Shown: positions 40,776 through 52,316, counted from the first letter of the stretch. The stretch: DNA of 64,000 nucleotides from an uncultured Bacteroidia bacterium (GCA_938005475.1 CALLNY010000022.1:2437-66436), one strand, 5' to 3'. The notes: generated by a model not told the origin, from the sequence alone. Program-made: numbers and translations.

Positions 40776-42698
40776 ATGTTTATGAAAAAAATTAGTTTCA
40801 TTTTATGGTTAAGTTTTATTGGAATTCAAAATTTAGAGGCTCAAGTAATATTTTCAGAAAACTTTACATCAGGCATGCCCTCAAATTTTGTGTTAGTAAA
40901 TAATGATGGTAAAACACCTGCTAGTTCAGTAAGTTATGTCAATAACGCATGGGTAGTAAGAGACGAATCATCCTCTAATACGAATAAAGTAGCTGTATCT
41001 ACATCTTGGTACAACCCTGCTGGGACTTCCGATGATTGGATGATTACCCCTCAAATTACAGTAGGAACCAATAATATGCTAAAATGGCGTGCACGAGCAG
41101 TAGATGAAATCTATCCTGATGGTTATCAAGTGCTACTATCCCCCTCTGGCGATACCGCTTTATCTTCTTTTACTGTAACTTTATTTAATACAAACGCAGA
41201 AAATCCTCAATGGACTACTCGTGGTGTATCCCTTGTTCCTTATGCCGGTCAAACGGTGAGAATTGCTTTTCGTAACAATTCTAATGATATGTTCTTGCTA
41301 CAAGTAGATGATATTGAAGTCTCCGTTGCCCCTCAATACGATGCAGGTATTACAGAAATTCGTAATTATCGTTACTATCTGCAAGGTAGTATTGTTATTG
41401 CGGGTACCTTGAAAAATTATGGTTTATCTACGATTAACTCCATTGATGTTCACTGGACTTATGATGGCAATACCGTAAACACTCAAAGCCTAACAGGTTT
41501 AAATGTTGCTTCCTATGGTACTCATAATTTCAGTCATAGTATACCACTGGCGGCTTCTGGTTCTAATAAATATCCTATCCGAATGTGGACTTCCAACATC
41601 AATGGAAATTCAGATACCAATCCTACAAACGATACTTCCGCAGTATTTCCAATCTATTCTGTAAGTGCTAAACCTGCAAAAAAAACTTTGTTAGAAGAAG
41701 CAACTGGTGCATGGTGCCAGTTTTGCCCTGATGGAGCCGTTAAATTCTTGCAAGTGCTCAACACTAACCCTAATGCTATTGGTTACACAGTACATAATTA
41801 CGATGCTATGGCTAATGACCAAACCGACTCCGTAAATGTTTATGCTAGTGGCTTTCCAACAGGTTACATCGATAGATTTAAGTTTTTAAATCAATCTTCA
41901 GTAGATATTTCGCGTACGCAGTGGTCTCTCTTTACTTCAAATCGTAACAATATGGCTGTACCCTTCGGTATTTCTATGACGCATTCCTATGATGCACGGA
42001 CAAGAACAGTAACCGTTCAATTATCAGCGGATAGTAAAATTAACGCCAATGATAGGGACTACCGCTTCGGTATTGTGGTCGTTCAAGATAGTATGTCAGG
42101 AACAGGAACTGGGTGGGACCAGAAAAATTTTTATAATACAGAATCCGGGCATCCTTACTATCAGGCAGGTGATCCTATTATCGGATATCAACATAGACAC
42201 GTAGCTCGATGGTGGCCTTTGGGTGTTTGGGGTGCCAGTGGTTCTATCCCATCAACCGTTACTGATGGTACTACTTATTCCCAAACTTATTCCTTTGTTT
42301 TACCTAATGATTATGACGAAAATAGAATTTCTATCGTAGGATTGGTTCAAGAGTTTACCAATGATTTGAATGAAAGACCTATCCTCAATAGTATTCAACA
42401 AAAATTAGATTTATCTACTTCAAAAAGAACAGCTACTAATGATTTTCATGGTTTACAACTTTATCCTAATCCCGCTTCTAATGTTACAACCTTAGCTTTC
42501 TTTTTACCTCAAAAAGATATTGTAAATATCCAAATCCTTGATATGACAGGTAAATCCGTATACAAAGAATCCATAGAATTCTATCAAGGTACACAAGAAT
42601 GGGATATCAATACTGCTGATTTTGCTAATGGTACTTATCTTGTGAATGTTACTACTTCTAACACTACCTTTAGTATCAAATTAGTAATTAGACGCTAG
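40776..42698 (+). CDS. T9SS cargo: cleaved-adhesin (choice-of-anchor J) domain + Omp28-like CxxC domain
   Basis: Signal peptide, SDDWMITP...YAGQTVRIAFRN..DDI, EEATGAWCQFCPDG, CTD LYPNPAS...KLVIRR; TAATTTTG promoter at 40756-40763. Confidence 0.85.
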   Translation: MFMKKISFILWLSFIGIQNLEAQVIFSENFTSGMPSNFVLVNNDGKTPASSVSYVNNAWVVRDESSSNTNKVAVSTSWYNPAGTSDDWMITPQITVGTNNMLKWRARAVDEIYPDGYQVLLSPSGDTALSSFTVTLFNTNAENPQWTTRGVSLVPYAGQTVRIAFRNNSNDMFLLQVDDIEVSVAPQYDAGITEIRNYRYYLQGSIVIAGTLKNYGLSTINSIDVHWTYDGNTVNTQSLTGLNVASYGTHNFSHSIPLAASGSNKYPIRMWTSNINGNSDTNPTNDTSAVFPIYSVSAKPAKKTLLEEATGAWCQFCPDGAVKFLQVLNTNPNAIGYTVHNYDAMANDQTDSVNVYASGFPTGYIDRFKFLNQSSVDISRTQWSLFTSNRNNMAVPFGISMTHSYDARTRTVTVQLSADSKINANDRDYRFGIVVVQDSMSGTGTGWDQKNFYNTESGHPYYQAGDPIIGYQHRHVARWWPLGVWGASGSIPSTVTDGTTYSQTYSFVLPNDYDENRISIVGLVQEFTNDLNERPILNSIQQKLDLSTSKRTATNDFHGLQLYPNPASNVTTLAFFLPQKDIVNIQILDMTGKSVYKESIEFYQGTQEWDINTADFANGTYLVNVTTSNTTFSIKLVIRR

Positions 42699-42721
42699 TT
42701 TATTTTTTCATATTCTAGTAA

Positions 42722-42751
42722 CCCTCTTCCGTTTGAAGAGGGATTTTTTTT
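42722..42751 (+). terminator. Intrinsic terminator
   Basis: CCCTCTTC-CGTTT-GAAGAGGG followed by a T-run. Confidence 0.8.
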
Positions 42752-42866
42752 GACTGTTTTGCTGTTCATACTCATTATTTGGGACATTTTGTCTATTAAA
42801 GTGGAATTTTTGTCGGTTTCGAATTTTATGCATACTATTTGAAATAAAGAAAACAAAACGTTTATT

Positions 42867-45455
42867 ATGAACTTTAATCATTATACCATTAAAGCTCAGG
42901 AAGTAGTGCAGAAGTCGGGGCAAATTGCTAAACAACATCAACAACAGCAAATTGAACCTGGGCACCTGCTTCTAGCATTACTACAATCCGACGAGCAATT
43001 GATTGTAAATTTACTCAAGAAATGCGAAGTCAATACGAACCGTGTTCTCAGTAAGACTCAAGAACTTGTAGGGAGTTATCCCAAAGTAACAGGAGCTACT
43101 GGTGGGCAATACCTTTCCAATGATGGATACAAAGCCTTAGAAAATGCAGACCAAGTTGCGGGCAAACTCAAAGATGAGTATGTTAGCATGGAGCATATCC
43201 TCTGGGGAATTTTAAAAACTAACGAAAAAGCTTCGCAGATTCTTAAAGATGAAGGTCTTACAGAAAAAAATTTAAATTTAGCGATTGTAGATTTAAGAAA
43301 AGGGGCAAGAGTTACAGACCAAAACGCAGAAGCAAAATATAACGCACTCAAAAAATATAGTTCTAATCTGAACGAATTAGCACGTGAAGGAAAATTAGAC
43401 CCTGTCATAGGAAGAGATGAAGAGATACGTCGTGTCATGCAGATACTCACCCGAAGAACCAAGAACAACCCAATTTTAATTGGAGAGCCCGGGGTCGGTA
43501 AAACTGCAATCGCAGAGGGTATTGCTCATAGAATAGTACAAGGTGACGTTCCTGAAAACTTAAAAGGAAAAACCATCGTCGCGTTAGACATGGGAGCCTT
43601 GGTTGCAGGAGCCAAATTTAGAGGAGAGTTTGAAGAGCGATTGAAAGCGGTAGTCAATGAGGTAGTACAATCAAACGGGGACATCATCATGTTTATTGAT
43701 GAAATTCATACGCTTGTTGGGGCTGGAAAAGCGGAAGGTGCTATGGACGCCGCTAATATCTTAAAACCTGCTCTCGCCCGTGGTGAACTTCATGTGATTG
43801 GTGCTACTACCCTAGATGAGTACCAAAAATACATAGAAAAAGATAAAGCCCTTGAAAGACGCTTTCAGACCGTCTATGTTGATGAACCTGATGTGCAAGA
43901 TGCAATTTCTATTTTGAGAGGACTTAAAGAAAAATATGAAGTCCACCATGGAGTACGAATTACTGACGCCGCCATCGTTGCCGCAGTAGAACTCTCTCAA
44001 CGTTATATCACTGATAGATTTCTACCTGATAAAGCCATTGACTTAATGGACGAAGCCGCCTCTCGCTTAAAATTACAAATTGACTCCCTGCCCGAAGAAG
44101 TAGATGAACTAGAAAGAAAAATACGTACCTTAGAAATTGAGCGTGAAGCCATTAAACGAGAAAATGACGAACAAAAAGTACAAGAACTTACTCAACAAAT
44201 TGCAAATTTAACCGAAGAATACAACGCCCTTAAAGCCCAATGGCAACATGAAAAAGAAGCTATCCAAAAAATACGCACTGCCAAAGAAACCATTGAACAG
44301 TTAAAATTAGAGGCAGAGAAAGCAGAACGTGATGCAGACTGGGGAAAAGTCGCTGAAATTCGTTATGGCAGAATTATCGAGCAAGAGAAAATTCTTAAAC
44401 AAATCAATGAACAACTTTCACAAGGAAAACGCCTACTAAAAGAAGAGGTTGATGCTGATAATATCGCAGAAGTGATAAGTAAATGGACTGGCATCCCCGT
44501 TACGAGAATGTTGGAGTCCGAGCGGGAGAAATTATTGCGATTGGAAGAGGAACTTCACAAACGTGTGGTAGGGCAGGAGGAAGCTATTGAGGCAGTAGCT
44601 AATGCAGTAAGGCGTTCTCGTGCTGGACTTCAAGACCCCAAAAAACCTATTGGTTCATTTATTTTCTTAGGTCCTACGGGTGTAGGAAAAACTGAACTCG
44701 CTAAAGCGCTCGCCGAGTACTTATTCAATGATGAAAATGCTATGGTACGCATTGATATGTCTGAATATCAAGAAAAACATACTGTAAGCAGATTGATAGG
44801 AGCGCCCCCTGGATACGTAGGATATGATGAAGGTGGACAACTCACGGAAGCAGTACGTAGAAGACCTTACTCCGTCATCCTTTTAGATGAAATTGAAAAA
44901 GCTCACCCCGATGTATTTAATATCTTATTACAAGTCCTAGATGATGGTCGTTTAACCGATAACAAAGGTAGAACCGCTAACTTTAAAAATACCATTATCA
45001 TCATGACCTCTAATCTCGGTTCACAACTCATTCAAGACAGATTATCCGATGTTGTTGATAATCAAAGAGATGATATACTATCTCAATTAAAAAGTGAGGT
45101 ATTTGAATTACTCAAAAAAGGATTAAGACCTGAGTTTTTAAACCGTATTGATGAAATTATCGTATTTGCTCCACTAACGAAAAAAGAAATTCAAGAGATA
45201 GTCAAGATTCAGTTGAATACGCTAACTAAACAGCTCAAGGAGTTAGGTGTAGAAATTGAATTTACTTCTTATGCGTTAGAATGGTTATCGGAAGCCGGTT
45301 ATGACACCCAATTTGGTGCTAGACCTTTAAAACGTGTTCTCCAAAAAAATATTATCAACGAACTCTCCAAACAACTTTTATCAGGCAAAATCCATAAGGA
45401 TAGTAAAATTCAGGTGGATGTGTTTGATAACGTTGTAGTATTCAGGAATGTATGA
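42867..45455 (+). CDS. clpB: ATP-dependent chaperone ClpB
   Basis: Two AAA+ modules ([16 protein letters not shown]), long coiled-coil M domain, [15 protein letters not shown]. Confidence 0.98.
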   Translation: MNFNHYTIKAQEVVQKSGQIAKQHQQQQIEPGHLLLALLQSDEQLIVNLLKKCEVNTNRVLSKTQELVGSYPKVTGATGGQYLSNDGYKALENADQVAGKLKDEYVSMEHILWGILKTNEKASQILKDEGLTEKNLNLAIVDLRKGARVTDQNAEAKYNALKKYSSNLNELAREGKLDPVIGRDEEIRRVMQILTRRTKNNPILIGEPGVGKTAIAEGIAHRIVQGDVPENLKGKTIVALDMGALVAGAKFRGEFEERLKAVVNEVVQSNGDIIMFIDEIHTLVGAGKAEGAMDAANILKPALARGELHVIGATTLDEYQKYIEKDKALERRFQTVYVDEPDVQDAISILRGLKEKYEVHHGVRITDAAIVAAVELSQRYITDRFLPDKAIDLMDEAASRLKLQIDSLPEEVDELERKIRTLEIEREAIKRENDEQKVQELTQQIANLTEEYNALKAQWQHEKEAIQKIRTAKETIEQLKLEAEKAERDADWGKVAEIRYGRIIEQEKILKQINEQLSQGKRLLKEEVDADNIAEVISKWTGIPVTRMLESEREKLLRLEEELHKRVVGQEEAIEAVANAVRRSRAGLQDPKKPIGSFIFLGPTGVGKTELAKALAEYLFNDENAMVRIDMSEYQEKHTVSRLIGAPPGYVGYDEGGQLTEAVRRRPYSVILLDEIEKAHPDVFNILLQVLDDGRLTDNKGRTANFKNTIIIMTSNLGSQLIQDRLSDVVDNQRDDILSQLKSEVFELLKKGLRPEFLNRIDEIIVFAPLTKKEIQEIVKIQLNTLTKQLKELGVEIEFTSYALEWLSEAGYDTQFGARPLKRVLQKNIINELSKQLLSGKIHKDSKIQVDVFDNVVVFRNV

Positions 45456-45474
45456 AATACTTTCCCGTTTTACT

Positions 45475-45506
45475 ATCGGCTTTGTTTGCATGCAAAGCCG
45501 ATTTTT
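45475..45506 (+). terminator. Intrinsic terminator of clpB
   Basis: ATCGGCTTTG-N8-CAAAGCCGAT followed by TTTT. Confidence 0.8.
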
Positions 45507-45518
45507 ATTTTGTTTTTT

Positions 45519-45815
45519 TCACTCAATAATGACGAAAGCTCCCCAGAACAAGGGGTGTCCGTAACGGGATTTGAGGGTGTTTTGGGAGTTTAAGAAGGCT
45601 TGTCTTGTGTTTTGAGGTTTTATGTAAAATAGTGGGGATTTTATAGATTTGAGGTTTTCTTCGGAAGCTTCATTATTTAAAAATACTTTACAAAAGATTT
45701 GTTGATTTTTAGCAATATTTTGTATTCTGATAACTTCATTCTTAGTAGTTGGTAAAGGATTGACAGTACCAGAGAATTGGTTTAGGAAACGGTGTTGAAG
45801 TAATGAGAATAAAAA
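45519..45815 (-). pseudogene. Remnant of a CHAT (caspase-like) domain gene; not in the ORF track
   Basis: Start-less frame: ...VNPLPTTKNEVIRIQNIA...VFLNNEASEENLKSIKSP|...QNTRQAFLNSQNTLKSRYGHPLFWGAFVIIE*. Matches CHAT 'LPxTxxEV...ASEENLK..SPxILH' and terminal 'HPxxWGAFV' motifs. Confidence 0.75.
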
Positions 45816-45855
45816 ATTTTATTTTGTCTGAAAATAGCGTAAATTTGCGTTTTAA

Positions 45856-47385
45856 ATGAGAAAGCAAACTGTTTTAAAATCTTTAAGTATAATGTTAGGA
45901 AGCGTATCCATACTGTTGTTATGTTCAGTGGGGTACGAGTGGGGTATAATAAAGTATCAATTAGAATTTAAACCGTTTCAATTTATTAGTTTAAATCAAA
46001 TTTTTATTCCTTATGAAATTGAGATGTCTAATTTTCAAGCGCCACGAGATACTCTACCTCCAAAAGAATTAAATGCTAATTGGGTAGATACTTCTAAAAT
46101 ACTTTCGGATACTTATGCTATTGAGTTTAATACTGAAACTCCGCTATTTGTGGAAGGTGAGATATTTCCAGAAGATACTATTGCAAGTGAGTTGTTTCTT
46201 TATAATCCTAAGAGAGGGGATCGAAAGGCTTTAGATGCTTTTTATAAAGAACTAGAAGCATTAGAAATTCTTAAATTAAAAGATTTAAATTTGCGAGTAG
46301 CCCATTACGGAGATTCTCAATTAGAGGGGGGGTTAATAACTCATGATATTCGTCAAATTTTAAGGGAGCATTTTACAGGGGGAGGGACTGGTTTTATTCC
46401 TTTTTATGAACCTTGTTACAACCTGTATGTAACACGTAAACTGATTGGAAATTGGAGAAGATATACTTGTTTTCATGAACGTTACAGCAATAGTTTTTAT
46501 GGTTTCTGTGGAACCGTATATCGTTTTATGCCTGCTAGAAATTCTTCTTTTGAGCCAAATTTGAGTTTACCTCCCCAATCAGCCAAATGCCTGATAGATA
46601 TTTATAATCCTGTAAAATACAATAAATTAAGACTTTTCTGGGGTAAAGCAAAAACACCATGGAATTTTAAAGTCTTTTTAAAAGATAGTCTGATTTTTGA
46701 GGAGAATTTACAAATTTCGGATGGTTTTCATGTTATCGAAGTTCCAATCAAGAACAATCCCAAAAAGTTAGTTTTACAATTTGAGGCTGTTGAAAGTCCA
46801 GATTTATATGGTTTTTCTTTGGATAATGATTATGGCTTATTTGTTGATAATTTAGCACTACGTGGGCATTCAGGAAATGGTTTTCATATTCTCAATACTA
46901 GTTTTTTAAAAACGCAGTATGAAGTTTTAAATCATAAGCTTATAATGCTTCAATTTGGAGGAAATATAATTCCTTACACTAATGTTAAAGATTTTAAATG
47001 GTATGAAGACAATTTGTATAAATTGCTCTTAAAATTTAAGAAAGCGGCTCCGAATGCTTCTATACTTGTGATTAGCAATATGGATATGGGCTTTAAGGGG
47101 GTAAATGGTATACAATCCTATCCCACAGCGCCCAAAGTACGAGATGCTCAAAAAAGAGCCGCATTAAAGGCAGGGGTTGCTTTTTTAGATATCTTTGAAC
47201 TTATGGGAGGTTCTGGTGCTATGGTAGAATGGTACCAAAAGGGGCTCGCTCTTAACGATTTCGCTCATTTAACTCCCAAAGGTCAAAAAAAAATTGCTCA
47301 ATTTATTGTTTCAGCTTTACTCAAGGATTACGAAAATTTTAAACAACATTCTCCACTTTCTAATTTAAATAAATTGTTAAATTAA
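45856..47385 (+). CDS. Membrane-anchored SGNH/GDSL hydrolase (O-acetyltransferase/esterase-like)
   Basis: N-terminal TM, HYGDSQLEG block I, QFGGN block III, DFAHLT block V; TAAATTTG promoter at 45840-45847. Confidence 0.8.
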   Translation: MRKQTVLKSLSIMLGSVSILLLCSVGYEWGIIKYQLEFKPFQFISLNQIFIPYEIEMSNFQAPRDTLPPKELNANWVDTSKILSDTYAIEFNTETPLFVEGEIFPEDTIASELFLYNPKRGDRKALDAFYKELEALEILKLKDLNLRVAHYGDSQLEGGLITHDIRQILREHFTGGGTGFIPFYEPCYNLYVTRKLIGNWRRYTCFHERYSNSFYGFCGTVYRFMPARNSSFEPNLSLPPQSAKCLIDIYNPVKYNKLRLFWGKAKTPWNFKVFLKDSLIFEENLQISDGFHVIEVPIKNNPKKLVLQFEAVESPDLYGFSLDNDYGLFVDNLALRGHSGNGFHILNTSFLKTQYEVLNHKLIMLQFGGNIIPYTNVKDFKWYEDNLYKLLLKFKKAAPNASILVISNMDMGFKGVNGIQSYPTAPKVRDAQKRAALKAGVAFLDIFELMGGSGAMVEWYQKGLALNDFAHLTPKGQKKIAQFIVSALLKDYENFKQHSPLSNLNKLLN

Positions 47386-47391
47386 TATATT

Positions 47392-47832
47392 ATGAACTCA
47401 AATTTTCAAAATAAAATAGCCAAAATGATTAGAGTTGCTGTATCAGAAGTCTTTCAAAAAGATTTTGCAATAGAGTTTTATCCTAATTTAGTTTCTGTTG
47501 GTAACGTTAAGGTTACGCCTGATTTTCAAATTGCAAGAATTTATGTAAGTTGTTTTCCCGAGGATAAATCTGATAATATCATGAAAATCATTAACATTGA
47601 ATACTCTAAAATTAAATATTTAATTCATGCTAAAATTAAAAATAAACTACGAAAAATGCCTGAATTAGAGTTTTATATAGATGATATTTATGCAGAACAA
47701 AAAAAGGTTGATGATTTATTAGATAAAGTAAAGCAAGAGCAAGAGCGTATAAAAAACGACAGAATAGCCCAAGGTCTTGACCCAGAAGCCCCTTTGGATG
47801 AATCTCAATATAAAAATTTAGACGACCTATGA
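47392..47832 (+). CDS. rbfA: Ribosome-binding factor A
   Basis: V.VTPD..IARIYVS, LRKMPEL.FY.DD. Confidence 0.9.
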   Translation: MNSNFQNKIAKMIRVAVSEVFQKDFAIEFYPNLVSVGNVKVTPDFQIARIYVSCFPEDKSDNIMKIINIEYSKIKYLIHAKIKNKLRKMPELEFYIDDIYAEQKKVDDLLDKVKQEQERIKNDRIAQGLDPEAPLDESQYKNLDDL

Positions 47833-48563
47833 AAAATATGATAACCCTATTCTGGAAGGAAACTTCATTATTTTTCAATAGCCTTATAGCTTATCTTACA
47901 ATTATCATCTTTTTAGTGGGAATGGGTTTATTTTTTTGGGTATTTCAAGGTAACGTTTTAGATTCTGGAGAAGCTCAAATGGATGGGCTTTTCGCATTAG
48001 CCCCTTGGTTCTTTTTATTTTTAATTCCTGCTATCACCATGAGAATGTTCTCCGAAGAATTCAAAACAGGAACCATAGAATTGATTTTTACTAAACCATT
48101 CACTGATTGGCAAATTATTTTAGGTAAATATTTTGCAGCGATTGTCTTAGTATTCTTTTCTCTTATTCCTACTTCTTTGTATTACTCGACCTTATATTTT
48201 TACGCTGAACCGTTGGGTAACATAGATACGGGGGCTATTTTAGGTTCTTATTTAGGGCTTTTTGCACTTGGTGCTATCTTCGCCGCTATTGGTATATTTG
48301 CTTCCGCTTTCACTGATAATCAAATCATAGCTTTTATCATAGGAGTATTCTTATGTTTTACTTTTTATATCGGTTTTGATTACCTCGCTGAACTACCTAT
48401 TTTCAGTGCTTTCTCTGATATTATCGCTAAAATTGGTATTAATGACCATTACCGTAGTATCAGCAGAGGGGTTGTAGATACCCGTGATGTCATTTATTAC
48501 TTATCAGCCATTCTCTTTTTTTTATTTAATACTTCTATCATCTTGGAACTTAAAAGAAAATGA
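47829..48563 (+). CDS. gldF: Gliding motility ABC transporter permease GldF
   Basis: KE...FFNSLIAY, APW.FLFLIPAITMR.FSEE.K.GTIEL, HY.SISRGVVDTRD..YY. Confidence 0.92.
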   Translation: MKNMITLFWKETSLFFNSLIAYLTIIIFLVGMGLFFWVFQGNVLDSGEAQMDGLFALAPWFFLFLIPAITMRMFSEEFKTGTIELIFTKPFTDWQIILGKYFAAIVLVFFSLIPTSLYYSTLYFYAEPLGNIDTGAILGSYLGLFALGAIFAAIGIFASAFTDNQIIAFIIGVFLCFTFYIGFDYLAELPIFSAFSDIIAKIGINDHYRSISRGVVDTRDVIYYLSAILFFLFNTSIILELKRK

Positions 48564-50239
48564 AAATTTATCTTATAAAATCTTTCACTCTCTTCATTCT
48601 CCTTTTTTTTATTAACCTTATTGCAGACCAAATCTTTTATCGTTGGGACCTGACCAAAGAGAAAAGAAATAGTATTTCAGACCTTAACAAACAAACTATG
48701 CAAAGCCTTCAAAAAATTGTTACTATTAAAGTATATTTAGAAGGCGATTTTCCTCCAAGTTTGGAGCGTCTATCTAATGCTATTAGGAATACTCTGTACG
48801 AGATGGAAGCTTATGCTGATGGTAATCTACAGTTCACTTTCATTGATCCCAGTGATAACAAAGTTTTACAAAAGCAATTTCAGCAGAAAGGTATTCTGCC
48901 CATCCCGCTCAATATCAAAGATGAGAATATTGAAGCCCGTAAATATATTTACCCTGTTATTGTAGTAAATTATGAAGATAGAGAAGAATGGATTGATATT
49001 TTTAAAAATGCTTACTATCCTAATGGAATGGCAAATTTAGTTAAAGCCGAAACCGATATCGAATATAAATTAGTTTCTGCTATTCGTAGACTAACCGCTG
49101 AGTACCGACCAACTATCGGATTCTTGACAGGGCATAATGAAACCCCACTCAAAAAAATGCCTGAACTTATCAACGAACTCAAAAATTCTTATGATATCTA
49201 TGAAGTCAATGTAAAATATGGCAATGCTATTCCTCCGAGTTTTTTAGGTTTACCTGACACCCTCAAAAAAAAATTTGAAGGTAGAACTGGGCTTGATGTT
49301 TTATTAGTGGTACAACCAGATTCTGCTTTCTCGGAAAGAGAAAAATACGAAATTGACCAGTACCTCATGATGGGGGGGAAAATTCTTTGGATATTAGACC
49401 AAAACCGTGTCATTTTAGATAAACAACAAACTTTGTCACAGCCACGACAGTTACAATTAGACGATTTGTTTTTTAAATATGGTTTCAAAATCAATTATGA
49501 CTTAATTCAGGATTTGAGTTGTGGTAAAATTCATTTACTTGCTGATATTAACAAACAAGGAGGTCAATTTCAATCTTTAAATTGGGTTTTCTATCCTATG
49601 GCTGTACGCTTTAAACAACACCCTGTTACACGTAATTTAGATGCTGTACTTTATCGTTATGCTTCTTCTATTGATACTCTCCCAAGAATAGGTTTAAAAT
49701 ACACCCCATTGATTTTATCATCGCCTTTGAGCCGTTCCTTAACGGGAAATGTTTTGATTGATATCAACGAACATACTAAACCTATCCCCCAAAACATTTT
49801 TTTTAATAAGGGAGATAAAATGCTTGGTTTACTCATTGAAGGTAAATTTCAGTCTTTATTTCAGGGAAGAGAAGCCCCTACAGACCAATTCGCAAAAGAA
49901 AAACCTACCGCTGTTTTTATTCCGCAAAATAAAGTGCCTACTGCTATGATTGTTCTTTCTGATGGACAACTTGCCGAAAAAGATGATCACCCCTATATCC
50001 CTTACATGCCTGTGGATAATAAGTCCCTAATTCAAAATGCAGTGGATTATCTTGTCGGAGATGAAGCTATTACGCTTGTTCGTGCTAAAGAAGTAGAAAT
50101 AAGAAGGCTTTCCAAAAAAGCAGGTAAAGACCATAAATTTTATATCCAAATTTTTAACCTCCTGACCCCAACCGTTCTTATTATTATCTTTGGATTCTTT
50201 CGTTTTTACTGGCGAAAAAAACGTTTTGAACAATTTTAG
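48560..50239 (+). CDS. gldG: Gliding motility ABC transporter auxiliary subunit GldG
   Basis: RWDLT.EKR.S.S, VYLEGDFP, IGFL.GH.E, FSEREKY.IDQYLM.GG; C-terminal TM; follows gldF. Confidence 0.9.
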   Translation: MKIYLIKSFTLFILLFFINLIADQIFYRWDLTKEKRNSISDLNKQTMQSLQKIVTIKVYLEGDFPPSLERLSNAIRNTLYEMEAYADGNLQFTFIDPSDNKVLQKQFQQKGILPIPLNIKDENIEARKYIYPVIVVNYEDREEWIDIFKNAYYPNGMANLVKAETDIEYKLVSAIRRLTAEYRPTIGFLTGHNETPLKKMPELINELKNSYDIYEVNVKYGNAIPPSFLGLPDTLKKKFEGRTGLDVLLVVQPDSAFSEREKYEIDQYLMMGGKILWILDQNRVILDKQQTLSQPRQLQLDDLFFKYGFKINYDLIQDLSCGKIHLLADINKQGGQFQSLNWVFYPMAVRFKQHPVTRNLDAVLYRYASSIDTLPRIGLKYTPLILSSPLSRSLTGNVLIDINEHTKPIPQNIFFNKGDKMLGLLIEGKFQSLFQGREAPTDQFAKEKPTAVFIPQNKVPTAMIVLSDGQLAEKDDHPYIPYMPVDNKSLIQNAVDYLVGDEAITLVRAKEVEIRRLSKKAGKDHKFYIQIFNLLTPTVLIIIFGFFRFYWRKKRFEQF

Positions 50240-50255
50240 TTAATTTTGATTAGAT

Positions 50256-51218
50256 ATGAATAAAAAATCGTATAGTTTCATAGGTTTAGCCATCGGGTTA
50301 ATCATAGCCGTTATCGTTTACTTCTTAATCAAATCTCCTCGCAAATCAACTATTGACCCTGATGAAATTCAATTTGCAGTAAAAGATACTGCTTCCATCC
50401 AAAAAGTCATTTTAACAGGCTACATAGAAGGTAATGTAGTTGGAAAAGTTTACCTAACAAAAAAAAATGAACAGTGGTGGGTCAATGATAAATTCAAAGC
50501 TCAGAATATAACTATTGAAAATTTACTCCAAACAATTTATGCTATACAGATGCAACAACCTTTACATCCTAATGCTATTGAAAATGTCAAAAAACTTATA
50601 AAAAAACGTAATGTGCATGTGATTATACAAAATGGAGATGGTACTACACTTAAAGGTTACTACATTGGACCCGCTACACCTGATACAAAAGGAAATTATG
50701 TAATTTTAGAAGGTGCAGAGAATCCCTACATTGCAGAAATCCCTGGATTTAATGGTTATTTATCAACTCGTTTTTCTGCTAATCCCGAAGCCTGGCGTGA
50801 TTATACCATTTGGAACCTAAAACCTGATGCTTTTCAGTCCTTTGAACTCAAAGATAAAGCCCAAAATACTTTAATACGAGTATTCAAAAATAAAGATACT
50901 TACTTTATTAACAATCAACCTTTTAAGGATTCTGTAATTATCAATAAAATACAAAATACTTATTTACGCTGTACTGCCGCAGGCACTGCTCAATCTAGTT
51001 TCCCTAACGCAAAAGATTCTCTTAGTAAAGTTCCCGCTGATTTCTATCTATTGGTTAATCAGCAAGATTACTTGTTGTGGCGTAATCCCTTTGGTGCATT
51101 TTTTATTGCCCCTGTTCGTCAACAAAATCAATCAACTCGTTTAGAAGGTGAAATTTTATTACTACAAAAGATGACCGTACAAAAATGGTTATTTGATAAA
51201 ATTGAAAAGCCATTGTAA
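50256..51218 (+). CDS. DUF4340-like membrane-anchored protein
   Basis: N-terminal TM, FAV.DTASI, G..TPD..G.Y, PY...IPGF.GYL..RF......WRD; follows gldG. Confidence 0.65.
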   Translation: MNKKSYSFIGLAIGLIIAVIVYFLIKSPRKSTIDPDEIQFAVKDTASIQKVILTGYIEGNVVGKVYLTKKNEQWWVNDKFKAQNITIENLLQTIYAIQMQQPLHPNAIENVKKLIKKRNVHVIIQNGDGTTLKGYYIGPATPDTKGNYVILEGAENPYIAEIPGFNGYLSTRFSANPEAWRDYTIWNLKPDAFQSFELKDKAQNTLIRVFKNKDTYFINNQPFKDSVIINKIQNTYLRCTAAGTAQSSFPNAKDSLSKVPADFYLLVNQQDYLLWRNPFGAFFIAPVRQQNQSTRLEGEILLLQKMTVQKWLFDKIEKPL

Positions 51219-51224
51219 TAAAAA

Positions 51225-52316
51225 TTACAAAGATTTAAACAAATTTTTATAACATTGATATCTTAGCAAATGGTCTAAAATAGTGATAGCAGTCATAGCT
51301 TCTACAATAGGAACGGCTCGTGGCACTACGCAAGGGTCATGTCTACCTTTTCCTTCTAACATGATTTCATTGCCATCATGGTCTATGCTAATTTGTTTTT
51401 TTAATATAGTAGCCACAGGCTTGAAAGCAACTCGAAAATGTATAGGCATACCATTACTTATCCCCCCTTGAATTCCCCCAGAATAATTAGTTTGGGTTTT
51501 TATTTGTTGATTTTCTACGTAGAAAATATCATTATGTTCACTGCCATACATTTCAACTCCACGAAAACCAGAACCATACTCAAAGCCTTTGGATGCATGA
51601 ATAGATAGCATCGCTTTGGCTAAATCCGCAGATAATTTATCAAATACAGGTTCGCCAAGTCCAACGGGAACATTTAAAATTACAGCACTTACTACCCCTC
51701 CTATACTATCTCCTCGTTTTTTAACTAATAAAATTTCTGCTTCCATTAATTCAGCCATTTTCATATCAGGGCATCTAACAGGATTACTTTCTATTAAATG
51801 AAAATCAATCTCTGAATAGCTTTTAGATAATTTAATATTTCCTACTTGTGAAACCCACGCATAAATTTGAATGCCTAATGGAGTTAGGATTTGCTTTGCA
51901 ACAGCTCCTGCTATCACTCTTGCCGCTGTTTCCCTAGCGGAACTTCTTCCTCCACCGCGATAATCGTAATTGCCATATTTCATATGGTAAGTATAATCGG
52001 CATGCGAAGGGCGGTAAGCAGTTTTTAGGTGTTCATAATCTTTGGATTTAGCATCCTGATTTTCTATCCAAAAAGTAAGTGGCGAGCCGGTTGTTTTTCC
52101 TTCAAAATAACCGGATAAAATTTGAAAAACTTCGTTCTCATTTCTTCTTGTAGTTAATTTGGATTGACCGGGTTTTCTTCGTTGTAACTCATACTCAATA
52201 AAATCTAAGTTCAATGAGATATTTGGCGGGCAACCATCTATAACAACTCCAATACCTTTTCCATGGGACTCACCAAAGGTGGTTACTCGGAAGATTTTTC
52301 CAAAGGTATTTCCCAT
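51225..52316 (-). CDS. aroC: Chorismate synthase
   Basis: [45 protein letters not shown]. Confidence 0.98.
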   Translation of the reverse strand: MGNTFGKIFRVTTFGESHGKGIGVVIDGCPPNISLNLDFIEYELQRRKPGQSKLTTRRNENEVFQILSGYFEGKTTGSPLTFWIENQDAKSKDYEHLKTAYRPSHADYTYHMKYGNYDYRGGGRSSARETAARVIAGAVAKQILTPLGIQIYAWVSQVGNIKLSKSYSEIDFHLIESNPVRCPDMKMAELMEAEILLVKKRGDSIGGVVSAVILNVPVGLGEPVFDKLSADLAKAMLSIHASKGFEYGSGFRGVEMYGSEHNDIFYVENQQIKTQTNYSGGIQGGISNGMPIHFRVAFKPVATILKKQISIDHDGNEIMLEGKGRHDPCVVPRAVPIVEAMTAITILDHLLRYQCYKNLFKSL

